Origin: Paraspadella gotoi
Lineage: Eukaryota > Animalia > Chaetognatha
DNA: 64,000 nucleotides
NCBI GenBank assembly: GCA_051294375.1
Contig: CM119269.1
Coordinates: forward strand, 20,755,665 to 20,819,664
Direction: 5' to 3'
The translations under genes were made by a program, and so were the position numbers. A model generated the notes under the pieces. The model ran no database searches and was not told where the DNA came from. It saw nothing but the letters and a program-made list of their open reading frames with translations. Positions 34,968 through 48,413 of this stretch are shown here, piece after piece; the stretch's first letter is position 1; each line of letters opens with the position of its first letter.

Positions 34968-37900
34968 CGACGGTCTCTTGGTATTCGGTGTTGACTTTTT
35001 AGGTGGGTGTGTGACCTCGCGAAAGAAACTAACTAAACGGGATTCGACAATATTCTTAAGGTCCACGCATGACAGCTATATTGACTGCTTTTGAAACGGC
35101 GAACGTATCCGATCGCGAAAGTGTGTCTCCTACAGAATATTTTAAGGAAACTTATGTTCCTTATCCCCCGATTCTTGTAATGTTCAACGCTATTCTCTTA
35201 GTTAATGCCCTGTTCCATTTTCAAAATTACAAGCCCCTAAATGTTGTGAAATATTGACAGTAAAGTTGTCCAAGCAACTTCACCCAAGTAAGCCAAATTA
35301 TTACGTATTTACGTATTTTTTTTTTTCGCTTAAATTTAACGGAGAGTAAAGTTAAGTCGCATACGCACAATTAATCTCAACTTTTGAACAAAAGCACTTT
35401 GCATATTCTGTACATAACTCTACACGTGCCTTATCTGAAAACAATTTTTTTTGTTTTTTTTATAATGTACACCGATTTTTTTTACCGCACTCGTTTTTTC
35501 CGAGAAGGTTAAGTGCTAATATTTTTTGCGACAAAAAAAAAATGGTTCTATTTTACATGAAAGAATCTCCATATCTCCTCGTCTGGCTTCATTATTCTTT
35601 TGAGTAATGTTTTATTGTTACACGACAAACGCCAAAAATAAACTACTAGTTTCTTTCCGCGATTTAGCGTGAAATATTTCGACAGTTACAACCAGGGGTG
35701 TGCTGATGGTTCCTTTGTTCTCTGTATTACTTTTGATATTTTGTTGAAGTCGGTACGAGTATGAATATGTATGTGATTTCTAAAACAGTTTAATATGTTA
35801 GTCCTTTTTAGTTTTGACCTGAACAAAAGAGAAATCAAAAATTTCACTCCTGGGAGAAACGTATGTCGTTATCATGACATAAGCTTTATTTAAATTAGAA
35901 TTAGCTTTCTTGCTATTTCTCCTAAGATTTTATTTTAGAAATAACTTTTTCTTCCAAATCTCTTATTTGATGTATAATAACAATAAAATTTTCACTATCA
36001 CCTAATTATTAATTCGTCTCCCAAAATAGGGCTTTTTATTTTTTTTTCTTGACGATTGTGACCAAATCAGTCTCAAATGTTATTATTTTATCGTGGTTTT
36101 AATCCTTTGTTAATCCTTTAGATTATGTGCATTTTTTACAATGAAACATGGAAAGAACTTACCAAAAAACCTTTTATTTTTCATGATTTCATTTAATTTA
36201 CGTTAATTGATTAACTCGTTGCTTATGACCGACTTTACGATCGGTATATAACTATATTCTTATCCAGCGATTGTTTCGACGTTCATTAAGACCGAAAGGA
36301 AGATTTCGAGTATTGAAAGTTGTATTTCATAAATTTTACGTAGTTTCGCCGCGAGTATTCGCAACTCTATAAAGCTATCTTTTCCGAAAGTGCCCCATTT
36401 TTTTTATACCAAAATTTGATTTTATAACTTTAATATTTAATTTAAATATATTTTTAAATTTAGAAATTAATCCTTATCCCGAAGCCTAACCTATTTTATC
36501 CTTAATTTTTAACCCTAATCTCTAATCCTAAAAATAATTTCCAAAACCCTGGTCAGCAAAAGTGAAAAATTAATTTGATTCCAAATTTAAAACGGGAAAA
36601 TAAGGCTTTTTATAAAACACTTGGGAGTCAGTTGGTCAGTAATTTTATCCCACTTACCTTAAAAATATTTATAATTTAGGTAATATTTTATAAAGTTTAT
36701 ATTTATAACCCTAAATCCATTACCATATTTATATTTTGTTATTTTCATTGACAGGAAAAGAATGTATATAAGCGACCACTAGCATTACCTTTGTTATTAA
36801 AAAAATTTATAAATAAAGAATGAACGATTTCCGATACAATATATGTCGAATATGTATATACGTAATAAGAAAATCTCTGTGGCGCAACATACATTGGAAT
36901 CTCAGTTCTTGTTTAACTGAATTAGAATTTTAAAAAGTTGATATATCTTCAAGTATTTCGCAGTTTTACCCCCGAAATACCTATTTCTCCACCCTTCCGG
37001 TAACGCATTTCACCAAGAAAGTCGAGATTCGCGAGCGAGCGTAAAAATTTCCGTCTTACGCGAAATCGTTATCATCAGTCTTCGCGGATGCGGATTTTTT
37101 GCTCAAATTTTCTTGTGGCGAAGTTAAACGTAGTTGTCATTCTATTTACACAACAACAACAAACTTAAGAGATTTGTACCCAAATCTCTTTCGGTCTCCT
37201 CGCGCGTTCTATTGGATTCGTGCATATAAATTGTAAAATTTTATTTTCGCCAACTGGGATTTTAGCTTCTTTTGAAAAATAAGAAAAGAAATCTTAAAAG
37301 AATAATGATCTGGACAAAAATTAAATCAAAAATAAAAAAAAAGAATGATTGATGCAATAACAAATGATTGATGCAATAACAATGAATTGATGTGTTGATG
37401 ACAAATTATTGATGCGATGATACTAAATTATTGATATGATGATAGGGAATCATTGATGGGGAAAACATTTTAAAAATTCAATGACTTAATAAAACGAGAT
37501 GAAATGAATAAAAGGAATTTAATAAAATTGAATGAATGAATTAAATTTATTTAATTAAAATGAAAGAATTAAAAAAAATTGTATTGAATAAATAAATTTA
37601 ACAGTAAGAACTGAATTAATCAAATTGAATGAATTTAATTTAAAAAATTGAATGAATAAATGTGAGAGAGATAGAGATAGAAAATGAGAGAAAATTATGG
37701 GAAAAGAAAAAAATAATGCAAAGCTGAACACGTTTTTAGACGAATCAGAAGTGGCAGTGAGCAACTAAAATTTTGTTTTTATAATACTATATTCAAATTT
37801 GTATATTACAATGAATCATAATGTGAAAGAAATTCAAACAAAAAATAAAATCCTATCGCAGAGGAATCAAAACTCCAGAATCGAAATCGGATCAACGACT

Positions 37901-39320
37901 CTAGTAAAATCCACCAGAACCAGAATGGAACATTCTCATTGGTCAAGAGACGAATGGCACCGGCCAATGATAGGATGGGCTTCCATCCGCCCGTGATTTT
38001 TACCCTTACTTCCGATCCGATGGAACTGTATAAATTTGAACCCAAGTTTGTATTTGATCCATAAACAGAATCCATAGGAAACATAGCTTATCATCAAGAT
38101 CTTTTAAAATAACACATAATTTTTTATCTTTTTATAAATATATATTTTACAATTTCCAGTTGTAAAAAAACTTGACGACGACGTGACGCAATAGTAAACC
38201 ATTATCTTACCCAGGATGTGCCTAGGTCCGTCTGGCGATATAAATAAATTTATTCAAAAAAAAATTATTACTTATTTTAATTTGAATAATAATTATTCCA
38301 AAATTAGCTTTAAACCACTTTTAAATTACTTTTAACCTTAAAATACCCCTAATCCAAGTCGGCGAAAGTCAAATTATGCCAAAAAGTTTTTTTTCTTTAA
38401 AAAACTAAATACGCATTGGGACATTCGGTTAACGTTTACATTTTAATCTTTACACATACATACTTCGCTCTCCACTTTCCTGATTACGATCTTACTTCTA
38501 GTACTTCAGGGTTTTATTAGAGTTTTTAATATTTGGCGACGCTCATTTTGATTTTCTAATATTATATGCCTTTCTGTCTTGCCCTCATACCAAATTGTAC
38601 ATTTCGCTAGTGAAAGTATTGTCAAATTACCCCGAGCGGCGAAGCAAAGACGCATATTTTTATCGTTTTAATTTTCCATGAAATTTTGCCCCCCCCCCCA
38701 CCTTTCGTTTTGAGCCGTTGCCAATTAAGGTATTTCAACTGTGATATTTAGACAATCACTCGAAATTTTTATTTTTTATTTTAGCAATAATTTTTTTCGA
38801 CGCGATGCAATATGAGTACATCATAGTCAAATACGATAGGTCTAGTACTTTCTTAGCGTGTTTTGTAGATGTAAAATAGTCATGTGAAAAGCATTCACAG
38901 GAATCCCTTGATTTGTACTTTCGAGCCACTTTAACTGACTCACTCCCCATTTCAAGATAAAGATTAAAGACTAAACTTAACTTTGTTTTCTTAAGAAATT
39001 TAAAAGCTAGAAGTCGAGACAATTAGCGTTACGTTACTGAACACTTTTTTAATGATTTTAGAGTAAGTCTTCTCAATCTACGCCTTAGAAAATAAGTTGA
39101 GAACTTCATTTTCACGTGTGTACTGATTAATTGAAAAAAATAATATAAATGGAAACAAAGTCAATGTAATTTTTTTTTAACTTTAAAAATATTACTAATG
39201 TAAAGCTTCATTTAGTTAAACATGGCAACTCCTTTTGAGTCAGGCAGCAGCAGCGCCTTTGGATTGGTGTTCGTTTTCGATAAAAATATAATATGGGTGA
39301 CAGATGACAACAATCCATGT

Positions 39321-41265
39321 TCAGAACTCCTCGTTAAAAGGGTAGTAAGGGTGATCCTTGACCCAGTCGAGGTGGCACCCTCTGCCATCGGCACGATTCA
39401 TGCCCATAAGTTGTTCCATTTCTTCGGCCGTTAACTCGAAGTTAAAAACGTCATAGTTCGAGTCGATCCTAAATTGCAATAATTATGACTCCAGCACAAA
39501 CTCGCTATTGAAAGTGTTGATAATGACTAAAAATAAAAATTGTAATACAACTTACCTTGAGGGTGTTACGCTCTTAGGAATAACGATGATTCCCCTCTGA
39601 ATTGCGAAACGAATCAAGACCTGAGCCGCGTTTTTCTTGTGGGCGTTACCGATTTTCTGAACCATCGGGTCTTCAAGCAGGACTGGATCATTGGCAGTTG
39701 CCCTGCCGTTAATAAAAATTTTAATACAGTAATATGTAAATAAAGCAGATTAGGCCGGCAAAAAAAAGTGGCGCAGCTATCACACCAAGGTCTGTCCGGG
39801 CTGCCTAAGGGGCTGTAAGCCGTCACGACGATCCCATTTTTCTTGCAGAACTGAATGAGAGGCTCATTGTTAAGATAGGGATGGACCTCGACTTGGTTGG
39901 TCACCGGTTTCACGGAGGAGTGGTCGAGGATTCGTTGGATCTAGAAAAAGGGAGGAATCAAGAATGGGCGCGGAATTTCAAATAATAACTAAGCTTCAGC
40001 TGTTTGAAGAACGCGTTTCACCTGCTTTGAATTAAAGTTAGATAATCCGATCGATTTGACCATGCCCGCTTTTTGGGCCGTTTCTAAAGCTGCCCACGTT
40101 TCCAAGTAATCCACGTCACTTGAAGAATCGAGTGGAAGAATTACGAAATAAGAATTTGAAAAAAAAATTTGAATATCATAAATAATATAATTTTTATATT
40201 GGTTGTAGCAATTTCATAGAATTCAAAACCATAAGATTAACTAACGAGTAAATCGTCTTGCCGTCGGCGTCGGCGGGAAAATTATCGCCGCCCTCCTCAT
40301 ATCCTTGCGGCCAGTGGATGAGCATCATATCTACGTAGTCGAGCTGAAGCGATTTAAGGCTCTTGTTGAGGTTGACTGCGGTTTTTTCTTTGGCTAAGGA
40401 CGTGAGGATATTCAATTAAAATTGCAGCTAGTTAAATTTTATTTGAACCATACTGCCCCTACAAAAAAGCTCAATTTTAATATCTAAATGACACGAGTTG
40501 ATTTTATTGCTCTTCTGTGACTAGTCACAACACCCAAGATGCTTACAGTGAAAAGTGTTCCAAATTTTTCCGGTGATAAAGAGGTCCTCCCTCTTGACTG
40601 TCCCATCACTGATCTTTTGTTGGAGGGCGTCGCCGATCTCGTCCTCGTTTCCGTAGATCATCGCGCAATCGATGTGACGATAACCGCGGTCAATGGCCGC
40701 CTGGGGACGGAGAAATGGGCCGGAAGTTACCGTTCTATAAACTTGTATGACAAAATTTTACTTTCGCCGATTGCTTAAAAAATAATAAAAATTAAAAAAA
40801 TCGGCGAATATAAAATTATATTTAAGGTAAAATTGAGGTTTTGGCGTTTTTTAAAAAAACTATTTAAATTTTTTTTTTTATTATTATTATTTTATTACCC
40901 TGACCATAAACTACCCTTAACCCCTTTTAAATCCGGACGGCAAAAGTAAAATTAAACTATATATAATATAATATTATAAAATATTTTTATAATTTTAAAA
41001 ATAATTTAATAATAATTTATAAAAATATATTTTATGGCATAATTTAAATTTTGCTGACTGGGGTAAAAGGGTTTTAGGGTAAGTGATTTAAAGGTGGTTT
41101 AGGGTGAGGGTTAGTTAGGGTTAAAAGGGTTAGAATAATTAAAGTTTTCGCACAGGGCTAACCTTGACGGCAGTTCCCACTTGGCCTGGCTGGATTTCCA
41201 AGTGCCCAGCCCAACTGAGGGATTTTTATTCCGTCGTTCAATTCGATAAAGGGGACAGCCGCCAT
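39321..41265 (-). CDS. Aldo-keto reductase family 1 (aldose/aldehyde reductase-like); exons about 41265-41163, 40700-40547, 40393-40246, 40118-40022, 39940-39785, 39702-39556, 39468-39321
   Basis: Peptides GLGTWKS (requires correcting two 1-nt indels in exon 1), [109 protein letters not shown]. The catalytic tetrad Asp/Tyr/Lys/His is present. Confidence 0.95.
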
Positions 41266-42652
41266 AATTTTTAAAAATGGATTCTGTTAATTTTTAGAAA
41301 AAACCAAAAAAAAGAAAATTATAGTATAAGGAAAGCTTTTGTGATATAAAGCAGCAGTTTGAAACTTAATACCACTGGTATTACCAGCTACACGTTTAAA
41401 AATAACCCAAAAAAATTAGAAAGAGACAGAGAGAGAGACGAAATTTCGTTGGATAAAAATTCAAAATTATCAAGATTCGGTCGATAACAGCTTTTTTTTT
41501 TTTAAAGAAAAATCAGTTATCTTTCAAATTTGGATGACGAGATTTTGAAAAACAGAAGTCTGGGTGAAGATCGAAAAAAAAAAAAACAAGTCCAGCTCGG
41601 TCATACTGATATTCATGCATATTTGAGAAAGACGAAATAAAATTACAGATGAAGAATTAAATTGCGATGCCAGATTGTGTTCCCCAATTCTTCCTGCATT
41701 AATTCAAATAGTCCAAATATTTTTTTGTATGATCGAAAAAAATTTGTATGATCAAAAAAAGTCAATAAAGTCAATAAAACGAATCGTATCACAAATAATC
41801 AATGTTATTTTCACCAGTCAAATACTTCAATTATAACTTATACAATATACAAAGAGATGAAAACTAAGAGAAAACGATTTTAATTTTAAAAAATGCTGCA
41901 CCGGCATCGGATTAACGTTTTGCCTAAACAAAGTTTTTGAGATCTTCTTATCATTTTTTTCGATCGAGCATTATTACACACCAAAATTTAGGGGCTCTTC
42001 TTGATGTAATTTACTTCATACTAAATAAGTCAGAATATAGCATCATGCTTAGAATCATCATCATGCTTAGTTAGAACTAGATAGTAAATGGCTTTATGTC
42101 AAAAAAGTTGTTCTCTTGTCCTAATTTGGTTTCTTATATTGATCGCCCTCACACTTTCAACAATTAGAAACAACTTAAACAAAAGCAAGAGTTGTCTCCT
42201 GGAAAAGAGACATGGACAATTGGACATATAATAATATAAAGTTATATTAATTTTATACCTAAATTTTTTGATATGTGTTATTCAAAAAAGTATTTTCAAT
42301 AATGATACAAACGAAACCTGGGTAAAATTAAAGTAAAATTATGCCAAAAGGTGAACAAGAAAGAGTTTTTTCTTCGATTTCCATATACATCTCCATATAA
42401 AATCATTACATTCCCGCATTACCCATAAAGCCTTAGCTTAGCCTACGAATTAAAGACGGTTTCGCGTTAAAATCGACGAACAAAAAACCTTTACCTTAGT
42501 ACGATAAGAGTAACATTACCAATCGCTAGATATTCCGATTTTTAGCTTCGATATACCTCAGCTCGGCTTTTCACGTATATTTGCGCGCCCGATTTCACAC
42601 GCGTCCGTTTGCTTTCGGGACTCTTTCCTGTAATCAGCTACCGACGAAAGCT

Positions 42653-42776
42653 ATGGGCAACAATGAAGCTTGGGAAGCCGCCTGGCAATGCATCTGCAAG
42701 GGCAAGTCCCACAAGGAACGATTCTGTCCAACTCTCTACATGTCCGAATACTACTGCTCCTACTGCTTTCCGAAGG
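42653..42776 (+). CDS. Candidate first exon of an unidentified gene divergent from the AKR (MGNNEAWEAAWQCICKGKSHKERFCPTLYMSEYYCSYCFP...)
   Basis: ATG-initiated, GC-richer island ending in a strong donor AAG|GTGAG; an assembly gap follows. The reading frame is not confirmed. Confidence 0.45.
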
Positions 42777-42876
42777 TGAGAGCGCAGTATTTTGTAGATT
42801 TCTCTCCTATTGTTACAGGGAGGTAGAAGCTGGTNNNNNNNNNNNNNNNNNNNNNNNNNGAAAACCGAAAAACGTA

Positions 42877-42932
<56 letters not shown>

Positions 42933-44962
42933 CATCTCTCTCGTCTCTTCCTCCTCTCTCTCTCTCTTTCTGCTCCACCCTCCTTCTTTAACGCCTCAAC
43001 CTATTGCTCATGGGAGGCGCAAAAAGCCGCGGAGAAGAGAATTGAATTGAAAACGCAGATGGAGAAGAAGGCGAGAGAAATGGCAAAGATCGGAAAAAAA
43101 TCCGATCGGACAAAGCGGTGAGGAAAAAAGAAACGCCGAGATAAATCGATACGCAACGTTAGGTTATGTTAGCGTTAGTTTATGACTTTGGTGAATTCTG
43201 CGTCTCTTCGTACTTGATGCTATTGTAAATAATATTTTTTGAACCGGTTTTTCGCACTTGACCTGTCTTCGACTACATCGGTGTCAAGACAAATCTTTTC
43301 GTCCATTTCGTTCAATATTAAGAAAAAATCTTATTAATTTATTTAATTACTATTTATTATTTATTTAATTACTTCTTTGGCTATTCGATATCGAAAAGTC
43401 AGTTACTGTCCGTTATAGGAAGAAATGAATTAATGCCAAAGAAAATATTTTCACAAATTCTTATGAGAACTCTCCCCTCCACGTGATTGTCGCTGCAGAG
43501 CTCGGTCGGCGGTGGGGAAGACATCTGCGAGGACACGGACCTCAAAGGCTTCCAGCCCCTGCTTCAACGGGAAAAGGTGGAGGATGGGATTTTCCCAGAG
43601 GCAACTTTCTCCCGCCCATTAGAGTCCGATTGCCCGAGCCTTGGCGGCCGGACAGATGTGCGACGGGCAAGGAGCACGAGGAGACGCTGATGCCTTCAGG
43701 TTTCTTTCTCTCTGTCGTGTTCTATTTTTTTCTGCTCCCTTGTCTTTTTTGTTTTTCAATTCTGTCCTTTTTTTTTTTACTCCTGCCTCCAATTTTTTTT
43801 TCGCGTCTTTAGAAAACCCTTCGTCAATTTTATTCATATCAATAATTTCTGCTAACATACTTTGCCTTCCCCACTTCTCTTTTCTCTCATTCCGCATTTA
43901 GCGCCCTTTTTCACTCTTCGCTCTCTGTCCTTTATCCCCAGGTTCGTGTCCGTGTTGGCGGAAACAAGATAAAGAAAGCAACCTCCGATGGTGAAGTGAA
44001 GCGAGAACTCTGTTGTTGCAAACAGATCCACCCCTCTCTCTCTCTCTCTCTCTCTCTTTCACTCCTCTCTCTCGAATCGCGCGTGTGCTGACTTTTTTTA
44101 TTCGTGAAACGAACAAATATTTTAGTAAAACTAATTTGGCAGATTGTGCCTGCTAAAATATCTCTCGTACCCGAAATTAAATCTAAAATGGATAATCTCG
44201 TCAGTTATTTTGACTTAAGACGTTCGCGTAACGTGATGAGTCTGTCGTCGTCTCGAGAATTAATCGGGTGCGCGTTGCGTCTCTCGGATCATTCATCGAC
44301 GTAAAATTACGCTTTTTCGGCTTCTTTTTTTGTTGTTGTTGTTGTTTTGTTTTTTTTCTCGTTTTCCATTTTACGGTAATAAAGCGGGATTGGCGATAAA
44401 AACGTCAGGAGCTTCCAGTCGAGCCTTCCAAAGTGGGAAATGCAAAAATGCTTTGTTGATCTCTTCTCTCTCTCTCTCTCTCTTCTCTCCTCTCTCTCTC
44501 TCTCCTCTCTCTCGTCTCCTCTCTCTCTCTCTCTCCTCTCTCTCCTCTCTCTTCTCTCTCCCATATTATTTGTATTTTTTCAAACGAATCAAATAGTCTT
44601 GAGTTTTTAAACCCTATGATTCACGATTCAGTTTAAGTGCCAAACCAATCCTTCCAAAATTTAATTGTGACAAGTTTTTTTCTTCCTTTTTTTCCCCCTT
44701 TCGTCCTTCATTGCTCTTTTTTTTCTCTCTTTTCCTTCCTCCTTCTTTCATTTCCTCTCTCATTTTTTCTTCCCTTTCCATCTCTTGCTCTTAACAATTT
44801 TTTTCCCTCTTTATCTTCTTTATTAAAACCCGCGAAGCAAACTTTTATGGTTAAAGTTTTTTTTTTTCGTCATCATCGTCCTCGTCATCCCTCACTTCTC
44901 CTTTCTCGCGATTCGTATTCCTTCCTCTGCGAATCATGAGGCGTCGCGTTTCATTTCCTTTC

Positions 44963-44997
<35 letters not shown>

Positions 44998-45220
44998 GCT
45001 GACGTCGACGCGCGGAAAAAACTCTTACGTCAACGACGACGACGACGAAACGACGATTGCGACGACGTCGGAAATTCGCGACTCTGCACGTCGTCGATTT
45101 AGTCGTCGTCCATTTCCGTGTCGTCGTCGTGATCGTCCATACTCGTCGCATTTCTGTCGTCGTTCACGTACGTTGTTCTTTCCGTTGTCGTCGCCGTCGT
45201 CGTCGTCGCCGTCGTCCTCG
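44963..45220. repeat. (GTC)n/(GAC)n trinucleotide-rich, partly self-complementary tract
   Basis: Runs of CGT/GTC followed by GAC runs; another GAC tract at 45911-45947. Confidence 0.8.
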
Positions 45221-46682
45221 GATTCAATGCCCGAGTGAAAATCTCGAGTCTCTTTTTTTTTCTCTCTCGCGACAAAAAAGTCTTTCGATGACGAAAAAAC
45301 CCGCGATGCAGATTCAACGGTCCTTATAACTAATTTTCGGGTCCAGAATACAATAATTGTAAAAAAAAATAAATTAGTGATGAACAGAATTTAAGTCATA
45401 CGTACGAGTTGCTGAAAAAAAATAATTTTGAAATGTATCTGAAATTAGGAACAACTTCCTACCGACATTAAATAAAATGTTATAATATTAAAACTAAAGA
45501 ACACGAAAATTAGTAAAGGATCAAAAAATTCATTTTACTTTAGATTTCGTGATCAAATAGGAAAATGAGTAAATATGGTAAAAATAAAAATTATCAGATT
45601 TTATTGCTACGAAAATAAAAATTAACTAATAAACAAAAACTACGCCTCTCCGTCTTGAACATAAGAGAAACAAGATACGTACTGAAACTGAACTGAAGAA
45701 AAAAGACAAGAAAAAAATTAAATAACACAAAAAAAGTACTAAAGAAAATTAACTAATACAAATTTCAACATAAACTCAAAAGTCTAACCGGGAACGATTG
45801 GAAAGATAAAAACGAATTATTTGACAAAAAGAAATCCAAAACAAAAAACAAATTAATTAATTCATTTCCGCGATGAATTCAAAAGTTTTTAAAAGTCGGC
45901 AAGGGGCGAGCGACGACGACGAACGACGACGACGACGACGACGACGAAGATTTTTTTAGAAAAAAAAAATTGAATTCAGATTCATTTTTGAAAAAAATCG
46001 GCGGGCTCTTTCTTGATTATTTTGGGTAAGTTAAAGGATGAACGAAAGAAAGAAAAGAAGAAAAGAATGAAAAGAGGAAATCAGGAAAGAAAGAAGGAAA
46101 GAAAGAAAAAAAGGGAAGAAGAGAGGAAAAAAAAACAAGAAAGGGAGAAAGAAAGCAGAAAAATTAGATAAATAAAAAGCAGAAAGATTCCAAAAGCTTC
46201 ACTCATTGGCAAAGAAATAATTTACCATAATTTACCAAACCGGAAAAAATTTATAATCCGTAATATATATCGTTCGAGGACGATTTATATCCTAAAAAGG
46301 TGTCGTTAAAAAGGGGAAAGAATTCTTTAGGCAATTTTATTTCTCGTTTTCTCTCTCGGCGGAGACTTTCGTTTTTCGTTAATGGAGAAAAAATGGTTGC
46401 CTCCCAGCGGAGCTAAAGTCAGGGCTTCAGCTGAGAAAAAAAGGAAAATCACAATGATGCAGCAATATTATCGTTTTATGTGCAGTAAAAAATGTTCTAA
46501 TACCCTAATATTGTTGGAATTAGTATGATATGTGAAATGAAATATGGGTTTAATTAATTTTTACTTTTAAAACTAAAACACTGACCGACCAATAACAGTT
46601 TTCTCTTCCGATGCTTTCGTCCATCGAAAAAAGTTTTGAACCACCGAGCGAAGGAACAAATTCTCGTTAAGGTTGGAAGTTT

Positions 46683-46777
<95 letters not shown>

Positions 46778-47514
46778 AGAAAAGAGGGCATCAAAAGGAA
46801 GAGAGAGTAGGAAAAAAAGGAAAAATGTCAGAATAAGAAAAGAGAGAATTTTTTCTCGGACGTGAACGCAAAAAGAAACCTTTTTCTTTACAAGGAAAAA
46901 AAAAAAGAATAAAAAAAATTTTGGTGATAAATCCTCGTTGAAATCCCTCCACATCCCGAAAAAAGTCTTTTCTTTTTCTCTTCCTTCTCTGCTCTGAATC
47001 CAAATCATCTTCTGTAAATAAATAAATAAATAAACAACTTAAGCCGTCCACGCGGGATTTCTTCTTGATCCCCAACTGATTTCGTCTCCCTCACTCGAAT
47101 TTCCGCAGCACCCTGCACCATAGTCACAATCACTCTATCACTCTCATCGTACAATAGCGCCATCGGTTTTTTTTTCTTTTAGTCTTTAGAGGCACATAGA
47201 TATAACTAAATATAATATTTATAAACGTAAGATTAGTAGCCAATTTTACGCAACGTAATTCATGTTTTCTTTTTATCCCAGTTTCGTCATCTCTATTTTC
47301 GTTATTCCGGGGATATAATGAATAATATTTCAATGAGAGGTGAACTCGAGTGATATTCGTCAACTTTCTCTCGTTACTTATTTTTCTCCTTCTTTTCCTT
47401 TTCTTTTCTTTTCATCCTTATTTTCCTCCAAATTCTTCCCCTCCCTCTCCGAAGTAGTTTTATTAAGTTGTGGTGTCTGGTGTGGAGGGGAGAAATAGAA
47501 GATAAGGGAGATGG

Positions 47515-47960
47515 GTGAATGAAAGAGCGATTAAGTGTAAATGAAAGAGCGATCGACGTAATGACGATGCGATCGAAATTGAATGAAATGCAATCGAATG
47601 TGAATGACGATGCGATCGAACGTGAATGAAAGAGCGATCGAAATGTGAATGACGATGCGATCGAACGTGAATAAAAGAGCGATCCGAATGTGAATAACGA
47701 TGCGGATCAAACCGTGGATGTAAGAGCGTTTGAATGAAAGACGATGCGAATCGAACGTGAATGAAATGCAATTCAAAATGTGAATGGACGATTCGATCGA
47801 ATGTGAAATGAAATGCAATTGAATGTGAATGATGAATGTGATCGAATATTAATGAAATGCAACAAAAAATGATGCGAATGCGATCGAACGTGAAATGAAA
47901 GAGCGAATCGAACGTGAAGAAAGAGCGATCGAATGTGATGACGATGCGATGAAACGTGGA
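47515..47960 (+). repeat. Degenerate minisatellite (GAATGTGAATGACGATGCGATC / GAACGTGAATGAAAGAGCGATC units of about 21 bp)
   Basis: Roughly 20 alternating units are visible. Confidence 0.85.
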
Positions 47961-48369
47961 TGGTGACGCCTAGACTCATACTGTGGATTAGATTCGGTCT
48001 CCTTTCTTGATCCTTGTCGGCTTAACAGAGCGTCTCTGTCGACGCGCAGCGGCCGACTCGGATTGGCCCTTACCCTTTGCTGAGCCTTTGCCATACCCTC
48101 GGCGGGGCCCTTACCCAACAACAACACGACTTATTATTCGAATCCTTTTGCACAGTCGGTTAAGATATTTCGTCATCTTAAAAAGTGGCAATTTCTTTAA
48201 TATCTTTTTTTCTTCTTCTCGCCGCCATCTACTTAAAAGAGCAACCTCGCGCATAACTTTCACGCCTGTAACACTCGAAACCATCCCCACTTGAAGCCGA
48301 GTCCGCTCAAAACGACGAAGACATCATCCAGTTATCATAAACTGCTCTCTTCTCTCTTCTCTCTTCTTC

Positions 48370-48413
<44 letters not shown>

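Noticed and set aside
41163-41265. AKR exon 1 frameshifts suggesting a pseudogene
   Set aside because: Only two 1-nt losses, one of which is restored in the duplicate copy; the rest of the gene and the catalytic tetrad are intact, so sequencing error is more likely.
44307-46836. Arg/Glu- or Ser/Leu-rich ORFs
   Set aside because: Translations of (GA)n/(CT)n and (GTC)n microsatellites.
47515-47960. CRISPR-like repeat array
   Set aside because: Eukaryotic context, no unique spacers and no cas genes; it is a minisatellite.
46900-48130. Possible minus-strand exons (EDDLDSEQRRKRKRK…, MAKAQQRVRANPS…)
   Set aside because: No recognisable homology and no consistent splice chain could be built.
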